DNA of 32,000 nt from Pseudoalteromonas translucida KMM 520. Lineage in GTDB: Bacteria > Pseudomonadota > Gammaproteobacteria > Enterobacterales > Alteromonadaceae. Shown here piece by piece: positions 20,376-30,210 of the stretch (position 1 is its first letter; each line of letters starts with the position of its first letter). The notes below the pieces were generated by a model that saw only the letters and a list, made by a program, of their open reading frames with translations, was not told the origin of the DNA and did not search any database. The stretch is from assembly GCF_001465295.1 (NCBI RefSeq), contig NZ_CP011034.1, positions 2,490,001 to 2,522,000 on the forward strand, in the 5' to 3' direction. Made by a program: the position numbers and the translations under genes.

Positions 20376-21215
20376 ATGAGTGAGCAAAATCAATACACCC
20401 CACCCAAAGTTTGGACATGGGACAGTGAGAGTGGCGGTAAATTTGCCAGCATTAATCGCCCCATTGCCGGCGCAACTCATGACAAAACCTTGCCAATAGG
20501 CAAACATACATTCCAACTTTATTCGCTTGCTACACCAAATGGTCAAAAAGCCGCGATTATGTTTGAAGAGCTACTAGAGCTGGGCTTAACCGATGCAGAA
20601 TACGACGCATATTTAATAAACATTGGTGATGGCGATCAGTTCGGCTCTGACTTTGTTGATATTAATCCAAATTCAAAAATTCCAGCATTAATGGATCATT
20701 CAACCACGCCGCCAACGCGTATTTTTGAATCGGGCTCTATACTGCAATACTTAGCAGAAAAGTTTGATGTGCTTATACCTAAAGATTTAAAAGCTAAAAC
20801 TGAATGTCGTAACTGGTTATTTTGGCAAATGAGCTCAGCGCCGTACTTAGGTGGTGGCTTTGGCCACTTTTATAGCTATGCCCCCACTAAAATGCAATAT
20901 CCTATTGATCGTTTCACCATGGAAACTAAGCGCCAGCTTGACGTGCTAAATCGCCATTTAAGTGCAAACGAATACATGGCAGGAGATGAGTACTCAATTG
21001 CCGATATCGCAATTTGGCCTTGGTATGGCTCTTTAGTGCTTGGCGACATTTATGATGCAGCTGAATTTTTAGATGTTGCCTCATACACTCATGTTGTACG
21101 TTGGGCTAAACAAGTTTCAGAGCGCCCTGGCGTAAAACGTGGTCGTCGCGTTAACCGCACATGGGGACCTGAAGAAGAGCAACTAGCAGAGCGCCACAGT
21201 AATAACGACTTTTAA
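20376..21215 (+). CDS. yghU: glutathione-dependent disulfide-bond oxidoreductase (Nu-class GST, YghU-like)
   Basis: Near-colinear with my recollection of E. coli YghU: PPKVWTWD...GG.FA.INRP..G.THDKTLP.GKH..QLYSL.TPNGQK, and GGGFGHFY.YAP. Confidence 0.88.
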   Translation: MSEQNQYTPPKVWTWDSESGGKFASINRPIAGATHDKTLPIGKHTFQLYSLATPNGQKAAIMFEELLELGLTDAEYDAYLINIGDGDQFGSDFVDINPNSKIPALMDHSTTPPTRIFESGSILQYLAEKFDVLIPKDLKAKTECRNWLFWQMSSAPYLGGGFGHFYSYAPTKMQYPIDRFTMETKRQLDVLNRHLSANEYMAGDEYSIADIAIWPWYGSLVLGDIYDAAEFLDVASYTHVVRWAKQVSERPGVKRGRRVNRTWGPEEEQLAERHSNNDF

Positions 21216-21580
21216 TCAGATAGCCTCCCCTTTATATAAATTATTATGAAGGGGTTTAATTCAGCCTACCTTTTTAACCATAAAATATATTCCAGCATAA
21301 GTTAGTAAATTTCACTTAGCAACCCCCTAAAATTTATATTAACCTGATGTAATAATCTCCTTCAGTATTGCAAGGTGTCATTCAACGATAGCAGGGACAG
21401 GTTTGCTGTCATATATACGGTCTTTAATGAAGGTTATTACTTCTGACCTTGATGTAATCTGCGCATATTGTTCTGATCAGGTTATATTACATAGCGTAAA
21501 CTAATCGTATTTATTATTTATTACGTAATGGAGTGAGTAATTAATAATGAGGCTAACTCGTTTTTAGGGTTAGTAGTTTT

Positions 21581-22711
21581 ATGCAAAACGATTTAAGCAA
21601 AAAAATAAACATAGTGTGGTTTAAACGCGATTTACGCCTTAGCGATCATCAGCCATTAAAAAATGCATTTAGTAACGGCTTACCTACCCTACTACTTTAT
21701 AACTTTGAGCCATTACTACTTGAAGATGCACACTACAATGAGCGGCATTGGCGCTTTGTATATCAATCTATAATTGAGTTAAACAAGCAACTAGCGCGCT
21801 TTAATGCCTGCGTTTATATATTTAATTTAAACATGGGTGAGCTACTTGAGTCGTTAAAAGCGCAGTTTGAAATAGTGAATATATTTAGCCATCAAGAAAT
21901 AGGTTTAAACAACACCTTTGAGCGCGATAAAGCTATTAAAGCCTGGTGCCAACATAACCAGGTTAATTGGCAAGTATCGCAAACAGGCGCAGTTATTCGC
22001 GGCAAAAAAAATCGTAACAATTGGAATGAGCGCTGGCAGCAAACAATGCAAGCACCTATTGCTGTTCCTAACTGGAAAAACATAAAAACAATTACCCTCA
22101 ATAACTACCAAACACCTGAGCTGCCAAGCGCTTATACGCAAGATCACGACAGCTTTCAACAAGGTGGCCCGCTGCAAGCACGCACTGTAATGCAGAGCTT
22201 TTTTGCCGAGCGTGGCAAGGGTTATCAAAAAGGAATATCGAGCCCAAGTTTAAGCCAAACTTATTGCTCTCGGCTTTCGCCCTATTTAGCCTGGGGGAAC
22301 ATTAGCCTTAGGCAAGTGTATCAAATGGCCTTTGATGAATACCATTCAAAGCATCCTGATAAAAGAGGCTGGAAGCGCCCGCTTGCTGCATTTGTATCGC
22401 GCTTGCATTGGCACTGCCACTTTATGCAAAAGTTTGAGAGCGAATGCTCTATGGAGTTTTTAGCCCTTAATCCGGGGTATCACGTATTTCCGTATCGTGA
22501 TGACGAAAACGTAAAAAGCGATATTGAACGCTGGGCGCAAGGCCAAACAGGTATTCCAATTATTGACGCTTGCATGCGCTGTTTAAAAGCCACCGGTTAT
22601 ATAAACTTTAGAATGCGTGCCATGCTAGTGAGCTTTGTAACGCATCATTTAAATATAAGCTGGCAGCAAGCAAGCTTGCCTCTCGCTAATTACTTTTTAG
22701 ATTTTGAGCCT
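21581..22711 (+). pseudogene. cryptochrome/photolyase-family gene, 3-prime truncated by an insertion
   Basis: Photolyase N-terminal domain (VWFKRDLRLSDHQPL) and FAD-binding domain run up to ...LANYFLDFEP (codon 377, ending 22711). Family members continue with GIHY.Q.QMQ.G and roughly 100 more residues. Here the frame runs into an AT-rich, unrelated 53-codon tail (22712-22873). Confidence 0.8.
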
Positions 22712-22735
22712 GTAAAAGGAATATGTAAAATAAAA

Positions 22736-22891
22736 ACAGGATACTTTTGGAGCGCTTATATCATAAGGGCTAGAGTTAAAATAAGTATCCTGACGAAGAA
22801 TTGTAAAATTTCCTTACAGGATACTATGAAAAACGAATTTTTCGGTCATTCTGAAACCTATAGACTTGGTTAGGATTTAGAACAGGATACT
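22736..22891. repeat. cluster of the 10-mer ACAGGATACT: three direct copies plus one inverted 9/10 copy
   Basis: Direct copies lie at 22736-22745, 22816-22825 and 22882-22891. The inverted copy AGTATCCTGA lies at 22784-22793. All are read directly from the sequence and begin 25 bp inside the homology breakpoint. Confidence 0.85.
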
Positions 22892-22902
22892 AATTGTCAT
22901 CG

Positions 22903-24099
22903 ATGAATAAAATCCATAAAGAAAGAATAAAGGTTGCTATATGGTGGGTCAAGAAAGATTTTAGACTTAATGACAATGCCGCTCTATTTAATGCTTTAGA
23001 GTCGAATAGCATTGTTATACCGATGTACCTTTTTGAACCGCTATTAATGAATGGACCTGATTGGGGTAGTTTTCATACTGAAGCAATAAGTGATGGCGCT
23101 ATGTCACTAAGTAAAAACCTCACTCACTTCAATAGTAAACTTTTAACTTTTGGCTCATCTCCAATTGACGCTGTAGAGCAAATCCGCCAGAGAGTAAATT
23201 TAAGTGGGTTTGAAGTTAAAGAGGTTTTTTCGCATGAATAAACTGGTCTTACACACACATATAAGAGAGATAAAGAATTTAAAAACTGGTGTCAAAACAA
23301 TGGTATTCAATGACATGAATTTACAAATAACGGTGTTATTAGGGGACCTATAGATAGAAATCATTGGGAAAAACGTTTTGTAAAATACATGATGCAAGAA
23401 CGACCAAAATCTCACAAAGGTAAACTTTCTGCCAGTTTTCCTGAAAAATTAAAAAATATATTTCAAGATAAGTTTTATGATAATTCTGAAACTCACAGAC
23501 CCTCTATTTCCGAATCAGAATACATGAACGTAAGCGAACGGTCAGGAAACCTAATACTTAAGGATTTTTTAAATAATAGAGGTCAAAAATACAGGGGTTG
23601 CATTAGTAGTATGAATAGAGCAACTGAAGCTTGCTCTAGGCTATCTGCACAAATTGCGTGGGGCTCGTTGTCTTTAAGAACAGTCTTGCAGGAGTGTGAT
23701 AAAAGAATTGAAGAAATTAATACCAAAGATCCCATCACATCAAAACATTGGAGGTTTAGTTTAGTAAATTTCAGGTCTAGGCTTTTTTGGCATTCACATT
23801 TTGTTCAGAAGCTCGAAAATCAAGTTGATATGGAGTTCAATGCTGTAAATAAAGCATTTAGAAGTGGCTTGCCGTGCATCTATGCGGAAATCGACAATTG
23901 CGAGCACAATAAACGTTTAGAAGCATGGTTACATGGGGAAACAGGGTTCCCAGCTATCGATGCAGCCATGCGTTATTATCAAAGATATGGATGGCTTAAT
24001 TTTCGATCTAGAGCAATTATTACTAGCTTTGCATGTAATGCGCTTAGGTTGCCATGGCAAACGGTCCTATACGAACTGTCGGAAGACAATAATGTTTGA
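22903..24099 (+). pseudogene. second, divergent cryptochrome/photolyase-family gene with two in-frame stops and a 3-prime truncation
   Basis: ORFs 22894-23241 and 23389-24099 share one frame. The stretch between them translates as TGLTHTYKRDKEFKNWCQNNGIQ*HEFTNNGVIRGPIDRNHWEKRF, colinear with the upstream copy. TAA at 23239-23241 aligns with Glu and TGA at 23311-23313 aligns with Trp. Homology ends near ...PWQTVLYELS. Confidence 0.8.
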
Positions 24100-24302
24100 A
24101 ACTTTTTTGCCTTCCCAGTCCGTTCCTTTCGTGTCAATAGAAGGTATGTATGACAATAAAGATCAAAACTTAGATTCAATCAACGTGCCTATCCAAAGAA
24201 AAATTGTGACAACAAAGATTAAAACTCACTTTTGGACAAAAACGTTTCTGAGCCGAATGACAGCTCTGTGCCATAAGCGGTCATTGGTAATACCTCAATA
24301 AT

Positions 24303-24355
24303 AAGTTGTTAGTAAAGGTTGGCTAGAATGAGTTGCGCCTTGCCAACCACAACTT
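24303..24355 (-). terminator. imperfect hairpin downstream of the radical-SAM remnant
   Basis: AAGTTGT (24303-24309) pairs with ACAACTT (24349-24355), and GGTTGGC (24317-24323) pairs with GCCAACC (24342-24348). Confidence 0.35.
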
Positions 24356-24364
24356 ATTTCTTTG

Positions 24365-24992
24365 CTATTTTTTTTCGCATACACCACACTTAATACAGTA
24401 GCCATGTGGGTCTTCATTTATATAATCAGCAGGATTTGGGATATTAAGGATGTATGAATTAACACAACTAGACTTTTTAAATGCCTTGATGCCAGACTTT
24501 TCAAGTAGAGAAGAAAACTCTAGCATCTTACGTGAAATATTAATTTCGTAAGATTCACCAGAAGTACAATCTAAAACCTGTTTATCACCACTAATCTCTA
24601 TTTCCAAAGAGGCATCAGGCAACTTAAAAAGCTGAGCTTTAATTATTTCATCAACGAATAGATCACCAACCACACAATGCTCTACGCCAAATTTATTAAA
24701 AACCTTAATAAAACTATTAATCTCAAGATCAGTAATACCTGATAAGAATGGTTTGACCATTACATTTGTTGATACTCCGTTATCTCTTAATTTTTTTATA
24801 CTCTTGAGCCTTAATTCAGGCTTATCAGCATAAGGCTCAATTTCCCTGCTTCTACTAAGAGTGCTAACAGACGTTGAATAAAGTATTTGCCCAGCATAAG
24901 AATTACATTTCACAATACCCTCGACAACATCATCACTCAGCTCATATCGACTCATTATTTGTATTGGATTTTTTAGCTTTGCTAGCTCGCTT
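24365..24992 (-). pseudogene. radical-SAM protein remnant (COG1533/SplB-like), lacking its N-terminal CxxxCxxC region
   Basis: The pattern ILYSTSVSTLSRSREIEPYADKPELRLKSIKKLRDNGVSTNVMVKPFLSGITDLEI fits the distal half of the radical-SAM barrel in the COG1533 family. No Fe-S cluster motif is present, and the frame is cut at 24992 by the IS3 left end. The apparent GTG start at 25018 lies inside the IS inverted repeat. Confidence 0.5.
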
Positions 24993-25069
24993 TGTAGTGG
25001 TACAGTGATTTTGGCCACCCATTAAGAAAGAAATGTTATGCTAATAAGCATACAAATTTGGGTGAAAAA

Positions 25070-26250
<1,181 letters not shown>

Positions 26251-26258
26251 CCACTACA

Positions 26259-26351
26259 GTTTCTGTACCAGAACGTTGTGTCTTATGTATTGGTCAGGCA
26301 TCAACATATTACTATGTCCAAATAGTTTCTTTAAAATCAAAATTGATAACG
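26259..26351 (-). pseudogene. stranded C-terminal segment of the downstream tyrosine recombinase (carries the catalytic Tyr)
   Basis: The minus strand reads, in phase with 28757.. once the IS66 is removed: (TLS)ILILKKLFGHSNMLMPDQYIRHNVLVQK. This is the LGH....Y box II tail of tyrosine recombinases. No stop is reached before the IS3 end at 26258. Confidence 0.75.
26344..26351. repeat. IS66 target-site duplication, left copy (TGATAACG)
   Basis: Identical 8-mer at 28757-28764, immediately outside the IS66 inverted repeats. Confidence 0.9.
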
Positions 26352-26431
26352 GTGAGCGTCCGGCAAATTGCGTCTGACAAATTAATCTCAACTTAAGTAA
26401 GTTACAACCAAACAATTATTTGGAGTAACTT

Positions 26432-26731
26432 ATGAGAATTATGCGCAGCCCAGAGCAATGGCAAACCATCATCCATGAACAACAATCAAGTGGTTTAACC
26501 ATCATTGATTATTGCCGGCAACATCAATTATCAATGACTAGCTTTTATGCGGTAAGAAAGAAACTCGGCCTATCATCGAATAATTTCGTTCGCGCCAAAA
26601 TTACACAGCAAGTCGAAATAGTTGATGAACAACCATCCATCACGTTAACTGTTGGCAAGGCAAACGTTAGTTTGCCAGCCACAACCTCTGCAACGTATTT
26701 AAGCCAGTTACTACGCGAGTTTGTTCAATGA
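26432..26731 (+). CDS. tnpA: IS66-family accessory protein TnpA (orf1)
   Basis: 99 aa, first gene of the IS66 trio. Its stop overlaps the tnpB start (ATGA). Confidence 0.8.
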   Translation: MRIMRSPEQWQTIIHEQQSSGLTIIDYCRQHQLSMTSFYAVRKKLGLSSNNFVRAKITQQVEIVDEQPSITLTVGKANVSLPATTSATYLSQLLREFVQ

Positions 26732-27075
26732 AAATGTTTGTTGAGCCGTCAGAGGTTTTTCTGCATCGGGATTTTGTCGACTTTCGAAAAAGTATTAATG
26801 GCTTAGTGAGTATTGTTGAAGATGAGCTTGTTCGCGATGCCTATACCGGTACGTTGTTTGTATTTTGTAACAAGGCCAAAGATAAGCTGAAAATTCTATA
26901 CTGGGATAAAACAGGGTTCGCGCTTTGGTATAAACGACTTGAAAAGCAAAAATTCAAATGGCCAAGTAAACTATCGAGCCAGGAATTTGAATTAACCTAT
27001 CAACAACTGGATTGGTTGTTATCTGGATATGACGTGCTTGGCCATGAACCGCTGCACTATCAGTCACCGATCTAA
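26728..27075 (+). CDS. tnpB: IS66-family accessory protein TnpB (orf2)
   Basis: 115 aa with the conserved IS66 Orf2 pattern DFRKSINGL...V......G.LFVF.NK..DKLKIL.WD..GF.LWYKRLE. Confidence 0.88.
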   Translation: MKMFVEPSEVFLHRDFVDFRKSINGLVSIVEDELVRDAYTGTLFVFCNKAKDKLKILYWDKTGFALWYKRLEKQKFKWPSKLSSQEFELTYQQLDWLLSGYDVLGHEPLHYQSPI

Positions 27076-27171
27076 CTAGATCTTTTATCAGTCAACGATC
27101 GTGTACGCAAGTCCTTATTCTATTTGCGTTACAAAGCAGAATCATCTGTCTGTTCTTGCTAAACTCGATGG

Positions 27172-28734
27172 ATGAAAATTGATACTAACTCACTCCCTGA
27201 CGACCCAGAACAACTCAAGCAAATGTTGCTTGAGTTGCAGGCTGAAACTACCCAAGAGTTAGCGAAAAAAGATAAAATCATCAGTGAACAAGCCATTCAA
27301 ATTAATCAGTTTATTGAACGCTATGAAATTGCCAAGCGTAAACAGTTTGGTAAAAGCTCCGAGCAACTCCCGGGGGCGGGGGAAACCTTCAATGAAGCGG
27401 AAGAAATCATTGATGAGGCCGATAAAACGTTATTAGCTGCGGCTGATAGTCACAGTAAGGTCACAATTAAAAACAAACCGACGCGCAAGCCACTGCCAAA
27501 AGAATTACCTCGAAAAGTGGTGACAATTGATTTGTCCATTGATGAAAAAGTGTGTGATTGTTGCCAAGGTAAGCTGCATAAAATTGGTGAAGCTCGTAGT
27601 GAAAAACTTGAGTTTGTTCCTGCGTACATCAAAGTGATAGAGACAGTTCGACCGAAATATGCCTGTAAAAGGTGTGAGCAAACTGGCACAGAAAATTCTA
27701 TAAAAGTTGCACCTGTTCCAGCAACCCCCATTCCTAAAGGCATTGCCACCAGTAGTTTGCTGAGTCAAATCATCAGCGCCAAATATCAATATGGGTTGCC
27801 GCTATATAGGCAAGAAAAAATGTTCAATGAGTATGGTATTGAGCTGAGTCGTAAAACCATGTCAGATTGGATAATACGGTGTAGTGAATTACTGATGCCA
27901 TTAGTTAACGAGCTAAAAGCAGCATTGCTTAGTCAAGCGGTGCTCCATGCCGACGAAACGCCCTTAAAGGTGATTAAGGCCGATAATAGCAGCAGTTACA
28001 TGTGGGTGTATTGTTGTGGTAGCGATTCGGTGGCCGCCAATAGTTTGCCAAATATTATCCTCTATGATTATCACAACTCTCGTGCCGCAGCTTGTGTAGT
28101 TGATTACCTTGGTGACTATGACGGTTACCTGCAAGTCGATGGTTATGCAGCGTACGGAAAAACAGATGCAATATTGGCAGGTTGTATGGCGCATGCACGT
28201 CGAAAATTCATTGATGCGAAAACGGTGCAAACGAAAAACAAAACCGGCAAAGCCGATGTTGCCTTAAGTCTTATTAGAAAACTCTACGGCATTGAGGCAA
28301 GCTTAAAAGACAAAACGGCCGCAGAAACGTATCAAGCACGGCAGGAAAGTTCAAAACCCATCATCGATAAACTTCACCATTGGATTATCGAAAATAAAGA
28401 TAAAGTGCCACCGAAAAGTAAACTTGGTGAAGCGATTACGTATTGGTGTAACCAAGAACATAAGCTCATCACCTATTTAAAAGATGGTCGCATAAATATA
28501 GATAACAATCGCGCTGAGCGGGCTGTGAAACCGTTTGTGATTGGCAGAAAAAACTGGTTATTCTCCAATACCGCGCGGGGTGCAACGGCTAGCGCCGTGC
28601 TCTATAGTATTATTGAAACCGCGAAAGCGAACGGACTGTTGGTCGACAACTATTTGCAAACCTGCCTAGATGAGCTTGCTAAAAAGCCTGAAAGTGTAGA
28701 GCACTTGCTACCTTGGAATGTTAATCAAGGCTAG
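27172..28734 (+). CDS. tnpC: IS66-family transposase TnpC
   Basis: 520 aa with an N-terminal coiled coil, a zinc-finger region (CDCC...C.RC), and a DDE core (HADETP..., QVDGYAAY, ...NNRAERA.KP...GRKNWLF). Confidence 0.92.
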   Translation: MKIDTNSLPDDPEQLKQMLLELQAETTQELAKKDKIISEQAIQINQFIERYEIAKRKQFGKSSEQLPGAGETFNEAEEIIDEADKTLLAAADSHSKVTIKNKPTRKPLPKELPRKVVTIDLSIDEKVCDCCQGKLHKIGEARSEKLEFVPAYIKVIETVRPKYACKRCEQTGTENSIKVAPVPATPIPKGIATSSLLSQIISAKYQYGLPLYRQEKMFNEYGIELSRKTMSDWIIRCSELLMPLVNELKAALLSQAVLHADETPLKVIKADNSSSYMWVYCCGSDSVAANSLPNIILYDYHNSRAAACVVDYLGDYDGYLQVDGYAAYGKTDAILAGCMAHARRKFIDAKTVQTKNKTGKADVALSLIRKLYGIEASLKDKTAAETYQARQESSKPIIDKLHHWIIENKDKVPPKSKLGEAITYWCNQEHKLITYLKDGRINIDNNRAERAVKPFVIGRKNWLFSNTARGATASAVLYSIIETAKANGLLVDNYLQTCLDELAKKPESVEHLLPWNVNQG

Positions 28735-28756
28735 ACGCATTTGCTCAGACGCTTAC

Positions 28757-28764
28757 TGATAACG
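28757..28764. repeat. IS66 target-site duplication, right copy (TGATAACG)
   Basis: Identical to 26344-26351. Confidence 0.9.
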
Positions 28765-30202
28765 TGCTATTTGTTCCAATATATCCAGCAAGCGTTGCTC
28801 TAATGCAGTGGCATGTTCCTTCTTCATCTTCTTCACTAATAGTTTCAAGCTTGATATTAAATCGCTTTGCAAAAGCACTTAGTCGCCTATTTATAGTGTT
28901 GCCGACTCGACATAAGTTGTCATTATTGTTATGAGGTCCATGTGCAAAGGAGAATAGTCTATTCTGCACGAGAAAATTACTATCCTTGGAATAATTAAGC
29001 AGCTTCAGTAATTTTATCGCCTGAATACATGGCTCACCAATAGGAATGTAAATAGTATTCCTAGTTTTCTTTACTTGACACTCGAGAAACCATATTTTGT
29101 ATTGTTTACTATATTTTAAGCAATCAGTCTTTAGATTTCTAAGATCAACGTTTCTTAGTCCCGTTGACAATAAAACCACCCATAGCGCTCCGCTCTGGGC
29201 TATCGAAAAAAGCTCTGTAAACCATTCCGCATTAATTGACTTATCGTACCAATCAAACTCACTTTCCCTCAAATGGTCTTCTTGTTTATGATTTAGTTCC
29301 ACTAAGAAATTTTGTTCTTTATAAAGTAGTTTTTGAAAGCATTCATCACGTGTAAAGAAAGTATTCAGGTTAGTATAATTGCGTCCTTTAAAATATTTTA
29401 ACCTAAGTCTTTTAATCAAGGTTAGAAACGCTACTATCGGCAAACTCTTGTCTTCGTTAGAAAGCTCAATTCCGTGTTCTGGTGAAACGCTAATTCCTTG
29501 ATAAAGTTTGGATGCACTCTTTACAATTCCAGATATCGTTTCTTCAGAAAATGAAGAATATGGTTTTCTATTACTTACTACTTTATTTTCAATAGTATTG
29601 CACGAATTTGTCCACGTTTGTGATGTGACACCCTCGTGTGTCCACGGTGTCAAAAATCCCGACAAGAAGATCTGCAAATCTTCAAATTTTTGGGCTTTTT
29701 CTAGCGTACTCAAAGCACTAGTATAATTATCACTTACTTTGTCTATTGATTTATTAGTTATCATCAAATACAAATCGTGCACACCAAGCTCAGCCAATGA
29801 TACCCATGGCGCGTTTTTCTCTGCACTCAATATAGGATTTGGTAAACCAAGTAACTGAGGGCAAAATGAAGTAATCAAATAAGTAACTTTTCCGTAGACT
29901 GTCCCGTGGCTGTAATTAAGAACTTTCATACAATAAACTATAAAAATTTTTAAAAGTACTATTAGCGGTAACGCAGATTGGTGCTTGTAAAGAGACTCAA
30001 AGATAAAAGGCTTTGAAAAAGAATCTTCTGTTGGGATCAGCCATGTTTTGTCCTCAAACTTAGAACTCGTTATTGATGAAATATCCATTTTTTCATATTT
30101 TTCAGTCAGTAGAGATAACATCTCCCATTGCTTTTTACCTATATCAAAACGACTTTCGTTAGGCGCTTCAATCACAATTTCTTGTGTTTCATTTTTATAC
30201 AT
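28757..30202 (-). pseudogene. large atypical tyrosine recombinase, 3-prime end interrupted by IS66
   Basis: Recombinase motifs are present: box I LLSTGLRNVDLRNL, a beta-hairpin Lys region VKKTRNTIYIPI, and HxxR as CHCIRATLAGY. The ORF-track tail LSVSV* is read from the IS66 end. The likely start is the ATG at 30202, 6 nt after GAGG; the alternative GTG at 30214 overlaps the upstream stop as GTGA. Confidence 0.8.
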
Positions 30203-30210
30203 ATTGCGCC

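Larger units (their letters stand above)
26352..28756 (+). mobile_element. IS66-family insertion sequence (2405 bp), apparently intact
   Basis: Left inverted repeat GTGAGCGTCCGGCAAATTGCGTC starts at 26352. The reverse complement of the right end is GTAAGCGTCTGAGCAAATGCGTC, ending at 28756 (17 of 23 matches; GTAAGCG-type ends are typical of IS66). It has three ORFs (tnpA, tnpB, tnpC) and a perfect 8-bp duplication. Confidence 0.92.

Noticed and set aside
22712-22873. C-terminal 53 codons of the 430-aa ORF as genuine coding sequence
   Set aside because: It is unrelated to the photolyase family, AT-rich and low complexity, and carries the 10-mer repeats. It is best explained as read-through into inserted DNA.
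22736-22891. CRISPR array
   Set aside because: The repeats are only 10 bp, are irregularly spaced (80 and 66 bp) and include one inverted copy. No cas genes are present.
21216-22900. tRNA or tmRNA gene as the island attachment site
   Set aside because: I could not find a cloverleaf-compatible sequence or conserved T-loop (GTTCRANYC-like) context near the junction. The break lies inside a protein-coding motif instead.
23239-23313. Programmed recoding (selenocysteine or read-through) of the two in-frame stops in the internal photolyase-like gene
   Set aside because: One stop is TAA, which is not a Sec codon. The TGA replaces a conserved Trp, not a Cys or Sec position. The gene is also 3-prime truncated, so decay is the simpler explanation.
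23933-24301. 122-aa plus-strand ORF overlapping the end of the photolyase pseudogene
   Set aside because: It is out of frame with the homologous reading frame, resembles nothing I recognise, and spans the breakpoint region. It is probably spurious.
24993-25018. GTG start (MAKITVPL...) for the 217-aa minus-strand ORF
   Set aside because: These codons lie inside the IS3 left inverted repeat, so the apparent start is created by the IS. The gene is a 5-prime-truncated remnant.
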